Positions 18,774 through 27,941 of a DNA stretch of 32,000 bases are shown here, one piece after another. The notes under the pieces were generated by a model. That model did not search any database. It was given only the letters and a program-made list of their open reading frames with translations, and was not told where the DNA came from. The stretch spans positions 630,001-662,000 of the forward strand of contig JALDRA010000001.1 of the NCBI GenBank assembly GCA_031316235.1. Reading direction: 5' to 3'. The position numbers were made by a program, and so were the translations under genes. The stretch comes from Candidatus Scalindua sp. (GTDB taxonomy: Bacteria > Planctomycetota > Brocadiia > Brocadiales > Scalinduaceae). Every line of letters begins with the position of its first letter. Position 1 is the first letter of the stretch.

Positions 18774-20741
18774 ATGAGAAAACGAAGCTACATCTTTTTG
18801 GGAATAATAGTCGTCTGTCTTCTCCTTCTGGGTCTTTCCCTCACCGGATCTCTGGAAACAACCTCTTACGTTAAGAGAGAAGAACAGCCCATGTTAAAGC
18901 AGATAATGGATGAAAGTTCAAAAAACAAACAGAAAGGAACCTTAGACTATAATCCAAAGGATGTAAGCCAGGAGATTTTCGGACTCTACTTACCAAGTTA
19001 CGATGAAAATGGACAAGAAGTTTCAGTAATTCGAGGTGCTTACACAATCTTTCTCAGAAACAGAATATACAGAATTACTAATCCAGAGATCGAATTTGCG
19101 GGCCTGAGTGATGGGGGAGAAAACAAACCCAAAAACATCATTATTACCTCGGATTTCGGCGAAATTGATAAAATAACAAAAGAAGCTTTTCTCTACGAAA
19201 ACGTGGTAACCAGGCTTGAAAATGGTGTACAGATTTTTACTGACGACTTGAAATACCAGAATGAAGATAAAACTGTTTATACCAATGGTTTTGTCACCGT
19301 CAAGGGTGAAGGTATGAAAATCACTGGTTCCGGTTTCGAAGTCAGCATGCTGGATTCCAAAGTACGGATAAAAAATGACCCTGAAATGGAACTTAAAAGT
19401 ACCGGTACTATCTTATTTTCCGATTCAAAAAACACAACTGCAGAGCCTCAGAGCAGTGAGACCAGGGCGTCAGGAAATAATCTCAGCGAGAATCTCTTTA
19501 TTCGATCAACTGATGAGCTGGTTTTTGAATACAAAAATAAATTGGCGACTTTCTACGATAATGTGCGTATTTCTAAAGGTAAGTCGACAATTTTCTGTGA
19601 TAAGTTGTCAATATTTTTTACCTCGGGCATTCAAGATGTCGACAGACTAATAGCAAGTGGAAATGTACTTGCCTCGGATGGGGAAAAAACAGCAAAAGGA
19701 GAAAGCCTGTCATGGAATACGACAGATCAGGTTGCAGTACTTGATGATGACCCTTTCGCTGAATTTTTTAACAATAGTTTGACAATTTCTGCCGCAAAGA
19801 TTAAGTTTTTCAAAGAACAGAGCAAAATGGAGGTGCCCGTATCCGGACAACTCACCACAACTGCAAAAAAACAGGAGCCAAAGAGCAATGATCAGAAAGA
19901 AAAGAGCGGGCTCCCGACTTTTCCCGGCCAGGAACTGGGCATGGAAAGCATCATAATAACGTGGAAAGGTAAAATGTTATTTAACCAGGAAACAAACCAG
20001 GCCGTCTTCGAAAAAGAAGTTGTTGTCAACAAAGAGTCGACAAAGCTCTATTGCGACAAACTTGTAATCACTCATGATGAGGAAGGAACATTAAAAAACC
20101 TTGTTGCTACTCATAATGTTCACTTAATTGAGAAACAGGATGATTCCCGGAGGGAAGCAAAAGGAGATAAAATGATATGGACTGCACAAGGGAACTATAC
20201 TGAATTATACGGAACCCCCCTGGCATCAGTCGTGGATGATGAAAAAGATCTGTCCGCTCCAAAAATCTTGTTTTCACAAAATGACAAGAAAATGTTGGCA
20301 GAAGGGAAAGGTGAACTGATAATAAAAACTCGTACAGAAAAAGATGAAGATACCGGGCCTGTTCAGATCAAATGGGAAGATAAGATGACATATGATGGCA
20401 TAACCAAAACTGCAATTTTTTACGGGTTTGTAAAGGCGACAAAGGGTAACGAAAAACTTGATTGCGACAAACTGGACGTTTTTTTCTATGATAAAGACAA
20501 AATCAAGAAACTCGTTGCCTCAGATAATGTTTATATTGCAAGTCCTGACCTGGAAAATTCATCAGGAGTTGGTTCCCTGCTCGTTTGGGATTTTTCAATA
20601 AATGTTGCCGTACTTACCGGGGATCCACTGGCAGAGTTACGCCGGTCCGGGGTCAGAACATTCTCCAAGAAGGTCTATTTTGACATTAATACCAAAAGAG
20701 TTCATTGGGAAGGAAAACCTCACTGGCTGGTTTACGAGTGA
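18774..20741 (+). CDS. LptC/LptA (OstA-like) family protein, unusually long (655 aa), N-terminally anchored
   Basis: One N-terminal TM helix. OstA-like beta-jellyroll signatures are reiterated (ITSDFGEID...ENVV..., STDELVFEYKNKLATFYDNVRISKG..., CDKLVITHDE...ATHNVHL, CDKLDVFFYD...ASDNVYI). The synteny with kdsC matches the kdsC-lptC-lptA order of proteobacteria. Confidence 0.7.
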   Translation: MRKRSYIFLGIIVVCLLLLGLSLTGSLETTSYVKREEQPMLKQIMDESSKNKQKGTLDYNPKDVSQEIFGLYLPSYDENGQEVSVIRGAYTIFLRNRIYRITNPEIEFAGLSDGGENKPKNIIITSDFGEIDKITKEAFLYENVVTRLENGVQIFTDDLKYQNEDKTVYTNGFVTVKGEGMKITGSGFEVSMLDSKVRIKNDPEMELKSTGTILFSDSKNTTAEPQSSETRASGNNLSENLFIRSTDELVFEYKNKLATFYDNVRISKGKSTIFCDKLSIFFTSGIQDVDRLIASGNVLASDGEKTAKGESLSWNTTDQVAVLDDDPFAEFFNNSLTISAAKIKFFKEQSKMEVPVSGQLTTTAKKQEPKSNDQKEKSGLPTFPGQELGMESIIITWKGKMLFNQETNQAVFEKEVVVNKESTKLYCDKLVITHDEEGTLKNLVATHNVHLIEKQDDSRREAKGDKMIWTAQGNYTELYGTPLASVVDDEKDLSAPKILFSQNDKKMLAEGKGELIIKTRTEKDEDTGPVQIKWEDKMTYDGITKTAIFYGFVKATKGNEKLDCDKLDVFFYDKDKIKKLVASDNVYIASPDLENSSGVGSLLVWDFSINVAVLTGDPLAELRRSGVRTFSKKVYFDINTKRVHWEGKPHWLVYE

Positions 20742-20754
20742 AGATAACTATTTT

Positions 20755-22593
20755 ATGATATTTAAAAATTTACCTTATCAAATTATTCTCATACTTCTTT
20801 TTCCCGTTCTTCAGCCGGATAAAGCAATGCCTGAGGATCTTTCTCAGAGCATAACTGTCATTGCCCGCCACGGTTCGCTAGAGAATACTCCGGAAAACAC
20901 CTTTGCTTCTTTCAGAAAAGCCCTGACCCTCGGTATTGGAGGTTTAGAAGTAGATGTACGGAAAACCAAAGATGGCAATCTCATCCTGATGCATGATGGT
21001 TTAATTGACCGGACCACCGATGGTAAAGGTTATGTCGATGCATTGCTGTACGATGAGATAAAGCAATACGATGCGGGATCATGGAGAGGTGGAGAGTTTA
21101 CCGGAGAAAGAGTACCCCTGCTCGCTGATGCTTTGCAATTTGCGAAAGATCATCACTTAAAGATACTTCTCAATGTGAAAGAACATGGCATTGAACAACA
21201 GGTACTTTCTCTTATCAATGAGATTGATATCATTGATCAAATTTACTTCAGTGGAACATTAGAAACAATCCTTAATGAAGAAACAGCTGCCCTGGGAACA
21301 AATCTTATTTTTATTCCGGAAAATGAATTAACCAATGATATTATTGACCTTATCCATCAAAAACATGGCCATGTAGGAACAAAGCTATTTGATTCTGATA
21401 ATAGAGACAAAATGAGAAAAAGGATGATTCAGGGAGTAGATGTCATCTTGACTGATTATCCAAGCGTTGCAATGGACTTATTACACTATGAGAAAGGAAC
21501 CGGCCAGGTTACCAATGATACATTCAATAATGATGAAAACACTACCGTCAAAACTGAAAGTGGCATACACAAAGAACAGGTAGATCAGGCCATCAACTTG
21601 ATGACTGAGGGGGAACCGGATAAATCGAGAATGGCTGCACTGGCAATGAGCACTTTCCCGACAGAGATCTCTCTGCCCCGGTTAAAAGATCTTTTAACGT
21701 ATAACAAAAAACTGAAACGTTTCAGTACAATCAAGAACTTTCTTTCAACAATCAAACACGCAAAGAGCGATATATTTCATTCAATGACAGTCAGAAAGAA
21801 TGCTGCATGGGCCCTGGGCCTTACAAAAGACAAGAGAGCCGTTCAAGCTCTTGCCTTACAACTCGAAACCAAAAATTCCGAGCTGAAAAGAGAAATCATT
21901 CTGGCTCTTCAAAAGATCTCGGATAAAAAGGCTATACCATATCTTAATGAAATAGTATTAAACGACAAAGACCCGTTTGTCAGATATGATGCAGCAAGAG
22001 CGCTTGGAGAAATCAGACATTTAGACGCAGTTTACACCTTGACAGAAGCACTGCAAAGGGACCTCAGCTGGATGGTGAAATCCGGATGTGCCTGTGCGTT
22101 GGGAAAAATTGGCAGTGACAAGGCAGTACATGCGCTGAAGAATGTCCTGGTTACTGACGCAGGCGTTCAGGCCTCCTGGACACGAAAAACAGCAGCATGG
22201 GCATTAGCAGAAATCGGAGGGAGAGGAATAGAGGCTCTAGCATTTTCCCTTCGTGACAATGAAAGAAGCACACGAAGGAGAGCCAGTTGGGCCCTGATCC
22301 AGATCGGAGAACCTTCAATACCCCATTTAATAAGAGCTCTGCGCGATCCAAACAGATTTGCCCGCGCAAGGTCGGCAATGGTACTGGGGTGGATAGGAGA
22401 CCCAAAAGCGGTCAATTCACTATCATGGGCTCTCAATGATAAAGACCCGGTTGTAAGAAAATCGGCAGCCTGGGCACTTGGAAAGATAGGAGGATCTGAG
22501 GCAAAAACGGTACTAGAGAAGAGGATCTCCTCTGAAGAGGAAAAAGACGTCCTGGAATACGCAAAAGAAGCAATTCAAAGAATAAGTTTATAA
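20755..22593 (+). CDS. Glycerophosphodiester phosphodiesterase domain fused to C-terminal HEAT (PBS-lyase-type) repeats, with signal peptide
   Basis: GDPD motifs IARHGSLENTPENT and EVDVRKTKDGNLILMHD. The C-terminal half has at least 6 repeats of the type R..AAWALG.IGD..AV..L...L.D. The start is set at ATG 20755, because the track start at 20602 overlaps the upstream gene. Confidence 0.85.
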   Translation: MIFKNLPYQIILILLFPVLQPDKAMPEDLSQSITVIARHGSLENTPENTFASFRKALTLGIGGLEVDVRKTKDGNLILMHDGLIDRTTDGKGYVDALLYDEIKQYDAGSWRGGEFTGERVPLLADALQFAKDHHLKILLNVKEHGIEQQVLSLINEIDIIDQIYFSGTLETILNEETAALGTNLIFIPENELTNDIIDLIHQKHGHVGTKLFDSDNRDKMRKRMIQGVDVILTDYPSVAMDLLHYEKGTGQVTNDTFNNDENTTVKTESGIHKEQVDQAINLMTEGEPDKSRMAALAMSTFPTEISLPRLKDLLTYNKKLKRFSTIKNFLSTIKHAKSDIFHSMTVRKNAAWALGLTKDKRAVQALALQLETKNSELKREIILALQKISDKKAIPYLNEIVLNDKDPFVRYDAARALGEIRHLDAVYTLTEALQRDLSWMVKSGCACALGKIGSDKAVHALKNVLVTDAGVQASWTRKTAAWALAEIGGRGIEALAFSLRDNERSTRRRASWALIQIGEPSIPHLIRALRDPNRFARARSAMVLGWIGDPKAVNSLSWALNDKDPVVRKSAAWALGKIGGSEAKTVLEKRISSEEEKDVLEYAKEAIQRISL

Positions 22594-22626
22594 GAATAGA
22601 TAAATAAGGAAACTGGTAAATATACT

Positions 22627-24162
22627 ATGAACAATAAAATCGTCTATCTCGTTGGAGCTGGGCCTGGTGATCCAGGATTAATTACCGTAAAAGGTATGTC
22701 ATGTATTAAAAAAGCTGATGTCGTCGTTTACGACTATCTCGTCAGCAAAAGTCTCTTAAAAAACGCCAGGCACGATGCCGAAATAATCTATGTCGGCAAA
22801 CAGGGAAACAAGCACACGATGGAACAGGAAGATATCAATCAGCTGCTTGTAGACAAGGCAAATGAAAACAAAACAGTAACGCGGTTAAAAGGCGGAGATC
22901 CTTATGTATTCGGCAGGGGAGGAGAAGAGGGCATTGTCTTAAGGGAGCACAATATCCCCTTTGAGGTTGTCCCTGGAATAACAGCTGCGATCGCGACTCC
23001 TGCATATGCAGGTATTCCGGTGACTCACCGCTCCTATACTTCGACTTTTGGTCTTATCACCGGACACGAAGACCCGACAAAGGACCACAGTGAAATAGAT
23101 TGGGAAAAATTGAGTACCGGCATAGGCACTCTGACATTCTATATGGGAATAAAAAATCTTCCAAATATCGTAAAACAGCTCACCAGGTATGGAAGACCCC
23201 GGAATACACCAGCCGCCGTCATAAGATGGGGAACTACTACCTCACAGAAAACGGTAGTAGGTACCCTTGCCGACATCGTAGAAAAGGCAAAGGACATAAA
23301 ACCTCCCGCCATAACAATAGTAGGCGAAGTGGTAAAACTCAGAGATCAGCTGAACTGGTTTGAAACGAGACCTCTTTTCGGTAAGACTATTGTCGTTACC
23401 CGATCGAGAGATCAGGCAAGTGAGTTTTCAGAGAGGCTTATTGATCTTGGAGCAAACGTAATTGAGTTTCCTACGATCAGTATAACCGGGCCAGAAGATT
23501 TTGAACCACTCGACAAAGAGATCAGAAGATTGGATTCAACCGCTTGGATAATCTTTACGAGTGTAAACGGTGTTGATTCTTTTTTTCAGCGGATATTTGA
23601 TCTTGGCCGTGATGTAAGAGATCTCAAGGGAGTTAAAATATGTGCAATCGGGCCGGCAACAACTGAACGGATCAAAGGATTTCATGTAAAAATTGACTGC
23701 CAACCCCCCAAATATGTTGCAGAAAGTGTTGTTGATGTCTTGAAAAAGGTTGACGACCTCAAGGGGAAACATATCCTCATGCCGCGTGCAGACATCGCCC
23801 GCAGCTACCTGCCGGAGGAACTGCAGAAGCTGGGAGCTGACGTTGCAGATGTTATTGCCTATAAGACAGTGATTGCGGATAGTGAAGACGGCACCGTATT
23901 GGAACAACTAAAAGACGGAACGATCGATATCGTAACATTTACCAGCTCTTCCACGGTGAGAAATTTTGTACAAATTATCGGCAAAGACAACTTTGATAAA
24001 ATTAAAGAAAAGGTACAATTCGCAAGTATTGGCCCGATAACGACTGAAACCGCCGAGGATATGGATATTACGTTGTATATAAAGGCCGATGAGTATACAA
24101 TTCCAGGGCTGGTTACGGCAATTGTTGAAAATGTGAAAGGGAATGCATCAGGGGGGATTTGA
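22627..24162 (+). CDS. cobA/hemD: Bifunctional uroporphyrinogen-III C-methyltransferase / uroporphyrinogen-III synthase
   Basis: N-terminal VYLVGAGPGDPGLITVKG tetrapyrrole methylase domain, then a HemD-like C-terminal half starting GKTIVVTRSRDQASEF. Confidence 0.95.
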   Translation: MNNKIVYLVGAGPGDPGLITVKGMSCIKKADVVVYDYLVSKSLLKNARHDAEIIYVGKQGNKHTMEQEDINQLLVDKANENKTVTRLKGGDPYVFGRGGEEGIVLREHNIPFEVVPGITAAIATPAYAGIPVTHRSYTSTFGLITGHEDPTKDHSEIDWEKLSTGIGTLTFYMGIKNLPNIVKQLTRYGRPRNTPAAVIRWGTTTSQKTVVGTLADIVEKAKDIKPPAITIVGEVVKLRDQLNWFETRPLFGKTIVVTRSRDQASEFSERLIDLGANVIEFPTISITGPEDFEPLDKEIRRLDSTAWIIFTSVNGVDSFFQRIFDLGRDVRDLKGVKICAIGPATTERIKGFHVKIDCQPPKYVAESVVDVLKKVDDLKGKHILMPRADIARSYLPEELQKLGADVADVIAYKTVIADSEDGTVLEQLKDGTIDIVTFTSSSTVRNFVQIIGKDNFDKIKEKVQFASIGPITTETAEDMDITLYIKADEYTIPGLVTAIVENVKGNASGGI

Positions 24163-24170
24163 CACCCCCC
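24144..24170 (-). other. tRNA-Leu 3'-end look-alike (att-like direct repeat of the tRNA at 27432-27517)
   Basis: On the - strand: GGGGGGTGTCAAATCCCCCCTGATGCA versus the tRNA 3' end GTGGGGGTTCAAATCCCCCCTTCCGCA. That is 21/27 ungapped identities, including 13 contiguous (TCAAATCCCCCCT). Orientation matches the tRNA, the T-arm-like G6/C6 hairpin is retained, and it overlaps the cobA/hemD stop codon. Confidence 0.55.
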
Positions 24171-24380
24171 GGACACGAGAAAAGTGAGTTACCCCTTATT
24201 CACATAGCAGGTGAATATCCAAATTATTGGCAAGATAAACCATTATATTTTCAGCAGTTATAGTGATTGTTTTGGTGTGATGTTTTTTTCAGCTTCTTTA
24301 TTAACAATGTTATACCTCTTTACTCTCCTTTCAATTATGAAGTGCTGTTAACAATTTTCCAATCCATATTTTTTTCTTGA

Positions 24381-24549
24381 TATACTCATCTCATACTGGA
24401 TTTCGGATAAAATCAGAGAAAAAAAACGGAGCGGGTAAAGTCCTCGGCGTTTTTTGTCCGGGGGAAGTCCTCGGCACGTTTTGTCCGGGGATACCCACAG
24501 CCAGGCTTTGGTTTGCAGAAAAACCTAAAACCAGATCGGTTTTAGGGTA
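24381..24549 (+). repeat. MITE-like repeat, copy B (169 bp, internal hairpin module duplicated)
   Basis: Aligns with copies A, C and D. Contains a tandem 27+26-nt duplication: AAGTCCTCGGCGTTTTTTGTCCGGGG / AAGTCCTCGGCACGTTTTGTCCGGGG (24438-24490). Confidence 0.85.
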
Positions 24550-24631
24550 TTGTCACTTAATAAAACAGTTTACCCTGTTTCAAAAAAAACAATCAAATGA
24601 TTCAGATAACCGGATATTCCAATAATTATCC

Positions 24632-25354
24632 TCAACGAACTGCCCGGACATAGAGAGCGTCTTCAAAGTTGCTGATACTGCAACTACCACCACTGAAATG
24701 GGTAACCCAGCCAAGCCAGGAGTTTATCAGATCTGAAGTCCAGACCAATGACTGCTTTTTGTTGAATACTGGATTTATATATAAGTCACCATGCATTTTA
24801 GTGCTTTCCAGTAAGGACGCTGATTCATTCAGAGTCGGCAAACGCCAGTCACTATAACCAGCAAATTGTTCACGGTTTAAATTATTTAAATACCTCTTTG
24901 TCTGCTTATACTTCATCTTCTCGTCAGATCCTGATTGCTGCCACATTAAACCTGTAGCTTGATCAATGACCACTTCAGCACCATTCATTAATTTGCCTTC
25001 AAATTTATTATCAATGTAGTTACGAGGCTTATATCCATCAAGAAACTTCTGAGCCTCCTGGTATGTCAAATATAACTCCGCTTTATCTGGTAATGGGACT
25101 GGCTCAGCTTGAGGCTGGACAACCGCCGTTCCTGAATTTACTGCCTCCTGTTTCACTCTGTTACTTTCCTGCTGAACTTTGTGATCAGCCTCATTCAGAA
25201 ATAGCCGTTTATCGAGTTGCCTTTTTTCTAATATTTTACTTGTGCACGCAATAATAAAGCATACAAATAAAACCGTTATTGAAATCTTAATAACCCTTCC
25301 CCTATCTTTAATCTTCTCAATTTCCAGATTGTCCGTTTCCTTTTCATCAGTCAT
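24632..25354 (-). CDS. DUF1566 / Lcl C-terminal (C-type-lectin-like) domain protein with N-terminal membrane anchor
   Basis: TM segment ISITVLFVCFIIAC. The C-terminal domain carries TGLMWQQ, YSDWRLPTLNE and a terminal YVRAVR, typical of DUF1566. Confidence 0.85.
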   Translation of the reverse strand: MTDEKETDNLEIEKIKDRGRVIKISITVLFVCFIIACTSKILEKRQLDKRLFLNEADHKVQQESNRVKQEAVNSGTAVVQPQAEPVPLPDKAELYLTYQEAQKFLDGYKPRNYIDNKFEGKLMNGAEVVIDQATGLMWQQSGSDEKMKYKQTKRYLNNLNREQFAGYSDWRLPTLNESASLLESTKMHGDLYINPVFNKKQSLVWTSDLINSWLGWVTHFSGGSCSISNFEDALYVRAVR

Positions 25355-25410
25355 GCTTCTTCCTCAATTTAAGAGATTATCATAATTTCAGTATCTGTTC
25401 AGTCCATAAA

Positions 25411-25439
25411 CTTATACATGGATATATTGTGTGTGTCAA
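25411..25439 (-). promoter_or_regulatory. Sigma-70-like promoter for the DUF1566 gene
   Basis: On the - strand: TTGACA (25439-25434), a 17-nt spacer and TATAAG (25416-25411). A GAGGAAGAAG SD precedes the ATG at 25354. Confidence 0.5.
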
Positions 25440-25455
25440 TCCCGTTCAGCACCAG

Positions 25456-26079
25456 TCATGATAATTGCTCAACGAGTTGCCAGACATACTGTCTGGATGC
25501 ACCATAGTTTACGATTGCTATCTCCAGGCTCCGCCCCTCGTAGAGCTTCAACGCACGCTTGATGCCCTCTGTGATCCAATCGGTTTTATTACCAAACGCT
25601 CCTCCGCCAAGCAGTGTAAGAAACAGACGATTGTTTCCAGAGAACAGATGAATGATTTGAATAAGCAACGGGCAAGGTGGAGCAATATGCTTACGTGACA
25701 GTATGCTTTGAGTCCTTAATTGTACCCTGTGTATACCGCTGCTGGCCGATTCGCAGCAGCTGCCGCAATTGATCAATTTCATGTTCGGATGATGTGCCAA
25801 GCCGCTTGGAAATCTTGCTGAGACCCTCACGGGATCCTAATGCGTAACCGTTTCTCATTTCCCAAAGTCTTTGCTCAGAATTGTCTAAGGCTGCTCCAAT
25901 CTTCTCATCCCGGTACCATGCCCAGGCGTTACATCCGGGGTTCCCATTTCAAGCAGATTGAATTGGGAAGCCACCTGGAATAAACACCCGGCATTTGATT
26001 CATTGTCGTGTAAGTCTAAAGCATCTCCAACTACTTCTCTTACCGAAAGCCTTCCAATTGTGTGCCGGCTGCATTTCAA
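25456..26079 (-). pseudogene. Degraded gene of an uncharacterised conserved family (macro/PARG-like GGGxFGN loop), with frameshifts and internal deletions
   Basis: The coding sense is spread over three frames. N-terminal part: ...LFQVASQFNLLEMGTPDVTP. Middle part (my translation): WAWYRDEKIGAALDNSEQRLWEMRNGYALGSREGLSKISKRLGTSSEHEIDQLRQLLRIGQQRYTQ. C-terminal part: NNRLFLTLLGGGAFGNKTDWITEGIKRALKLY...IAIVNYG. The total of about 208 codons seems short for the family as I remember it. The family assignment is from memory only. Confidence 0.6.
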
Positions 26080-26723
26080 GGTTTTATTTTCAACCCGTAC
26101 TCTTTTCCACTTAACCCTTCAAATTTTCGACCTCTTTCTATTTCATTCTGAATTTTTATTATATCTGCCGATGTTGTTATAGGAGAATGTTCGACGTCAA
26201 ATTTTGCAACTATCTCCGAACAAGCCCGCTGCAAATCACTCTTCGTTACCATTATCAACCGATGATCCACCACTTTAGATAATAAGCGGTGATCTATTTC
26301 AAATTGAGCCAGGGCAGATAAGTTTACCGAATCCAGGCAGGTTTCATAATTACGGAGAATAGTTACTGACAGTATGACGCTGTCTAGTTTACGAGTTCCA
26401 ATTAATGGTTCTATTGCTACAATACCTATATCCCAGTCAGGAATATAATCCCCCCAGTAACCGTGCAGAGAAGATGTAATATTCCTTGTCTGATATGAAG
26501 TTGAATTATCATACACATTAACATACCCTAAGCTCTTAAGTTCTCTTTTTATATAACTCTGAATTAAATATTGCAAGTCTCCATCAGCAGTAACTCTCAT
26601 ATCTATCTCTGTAGGCGGAATAGTTCCTGTCAACAATCCTGGCAATGTTTCGGCAAAGGATAGTCCACCAGACATTAGTATTATGATTGCCGCTATAATT
26701 CTTATAATTTGCATACGTTTCAT
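26076..26723 (-). CDS. Secreted / periplasmic hypothetical protein (signal peptide)
   Basis: Start chosen at ATG 26723, with AAGGAG 9 nt upstream. The signal peptide is MKRMQIIRIIAAIIILMSGGLSFA. I recognise no family. The stop overlaps the pseudogene ATG (ATGA at 26076-26079), indicating a former operon. Confidence 0.6.
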   Translation of the reverse strand: MKRMQIIRIIAAIIILMSGGLSFAETLPGLLTGTIPPTEIDMRVTADGDLQYLIQSYIKRELKSLGYVNVYDNSTSYQTRNITSSLHGYWGDYIPDWDIGIVAIEPLIGTRKLDSVILSVTILRNYETCLDSVNLSALAQFEIDHRLLSKVVDHRLIMVTKSDLQRACSEIVAKFDVEHSPITTSADIIKIQNEIERGRKFEGLSGKEYGLKIKP

Positions 26724-26816
26724 TCTTATTATCTCCTTTGTTCTAATATTCATTTAATCTCTCTATACAGATTCTTACCCTTAATTGGCTCCTTGCCTCT
26801 ATTATTCATAACCTTA

Positions 26817-26958
26817 TATACTAAAGCCGGTTTGGTTTTAGATTTTTCTAAAAAACCAAATCCTGGTTGCTGGTATCCCCGGACAGAAAACGCCGAGGAC
26901 TTTACCCGCTCCGTTATTTTCTCGGATTTTATCCGAAATCCAGTATAAGATGAGTCTA
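26817..26958 (-). repeat. MITE-like repeat, copy C (142 bp, one hairpin module)
   Basis: The reverse complement aligns with copies B and D along its whole length. The left terminus is degenerate (TAGACTCATC). Confidence 0.8.
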
Positions 26959-27431
26959 GTCCTGATAGTCAATGGTTGAACTTTCAGAGTCTCCATCTAC
27001 AACAATTATAACTGTAGTTGTTTGTTGAGCATGTCAGGATGCTTACAGGAATGGTAAGGAAATACAGAGAGTAAAACTTTAAGCTGTGGAAAGAAATCAT
27101 AATTTACAAAAGCACAGCCATCACCTGATGGCGTATATTTCTGTATGATAGACAATTTACCAGATCATGAAATTTTTGCTGTTACAACAAAGGGTTTCAT
27201 TTTACAATAGACAGGAAAAGGAGTTGTCTGCATGCGGGATGATTCCTGCTCATTAATGTATTCAATATAGTATATCCCACGCACCGTTTGAGCACGGCAA
27301 AAGTTGATTTATAAACCGTGGTATCCCCACCATTACCTGACAATTCCGATTTTTCTTCTGGTGATGGTCAGGTGGCTCCGTTTTTAGACTTGAAATAGTC
27401 ATAAGTATTTGCTATAAAAGCAATGACTAAA

Positions 27432-27517
<86 letters not shown>

Positions 27518-27632
27518 TTGGTATAACGTGAAGTGTATTTTAACTTCATACAGAAAAAAGTCAACGTGTTTCTCTCCGGCAAAGGGAAGCAGGATAAATG
27601 GCAGGCAGGATAGCAGATTAAAGGAGAAAATC

Positions 27633-27941
27633 ATGCTGGTTAATTTCAGTATTGTACCAATTGGTAAAGGAAGCAGTCTAAGTACCCAGATAGCCGAAGT
27701 TTTAAAGATTGTAGATGAAAGCGGTCTGAACTATAAACTTCATGCAATGGGTACTCTTTTAGAAGGTGAATGGGACAAGATATTTAAACTCATTGAAAAA
27801 TGTCACAAAAGCTTATTGGGAAACTCAGACCGCGTATTAACGTCAATAACCATAGATGACCGTAAAGGCCAAATAAACAGGATCACTGGCAAGGTTGAAT
27901 CTGTAGAAAGAAAATTATGCAAAAAATTAAAGAAAATATAA
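27633..27941 (+). CDS. MTH1187/YkoF-family (DUF77) thiamine-binding-like protein
   Basis: [48 protein letters not shown] matches the family N-terminus. The start is at ATG 27633 with AAGGAG at 27621-27626, so the longer track ORF is an upstream extension. Confidence 0.8.
   Translation: MLVNFSIVPIGKGSSLSTQIAEVLKIVDESGLNYKLHAMGTLLEGEWDKIFKLIEKCHKSLLGNSDRVLTSITIDDRKGQINRITGKVESVERKLCKKLKKI

Noticed and set aside
20602-20754. N-terminal extension of the GDPD-HEAT ORF overlapping the LptC/LptA-like gene by 140 nt
   Set aside because: The internal ATG at 20755 gives a normal signal peptide (MIFKNLPYQIILILLFPVL) and removes the overlap.
24438-24490. Possible CRISPR-like tandem repeat
   Set aside because: There are only two adjacent 26-27 nt units with no spacers, and they lie inside a MITE copy. 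No cas genes or further repeats are present.
24377-24625. 82-aa ORF (MIYSSHTGFRIKS...), its relative at 28771..28953 and the ORF at 2041..2235
   Set aside because: They lie inside copies of the MITE-like repeat. The shared peptide reflects repeated DNA, indels between copies break the frame, and there is no RBS.
24632-24760. DUF1566 C-terminus as a diversity-generating retroelement (DGR) variable region
   Set aside because: DUF1566/C-type-lectin folds are frequent DGR targets. However, I could find no template-repeat copy of this segment and no reverse transcriptase in the window.
27518-27632. TPP riboswitch upstream of the thiamine-binding-like MTH1187 gene
   Set aside because: The CTGAGA / ACCTGATCTGGATAATGCCAGCG-type core elements are absent, and the spacer is short and mostly promoter-like.
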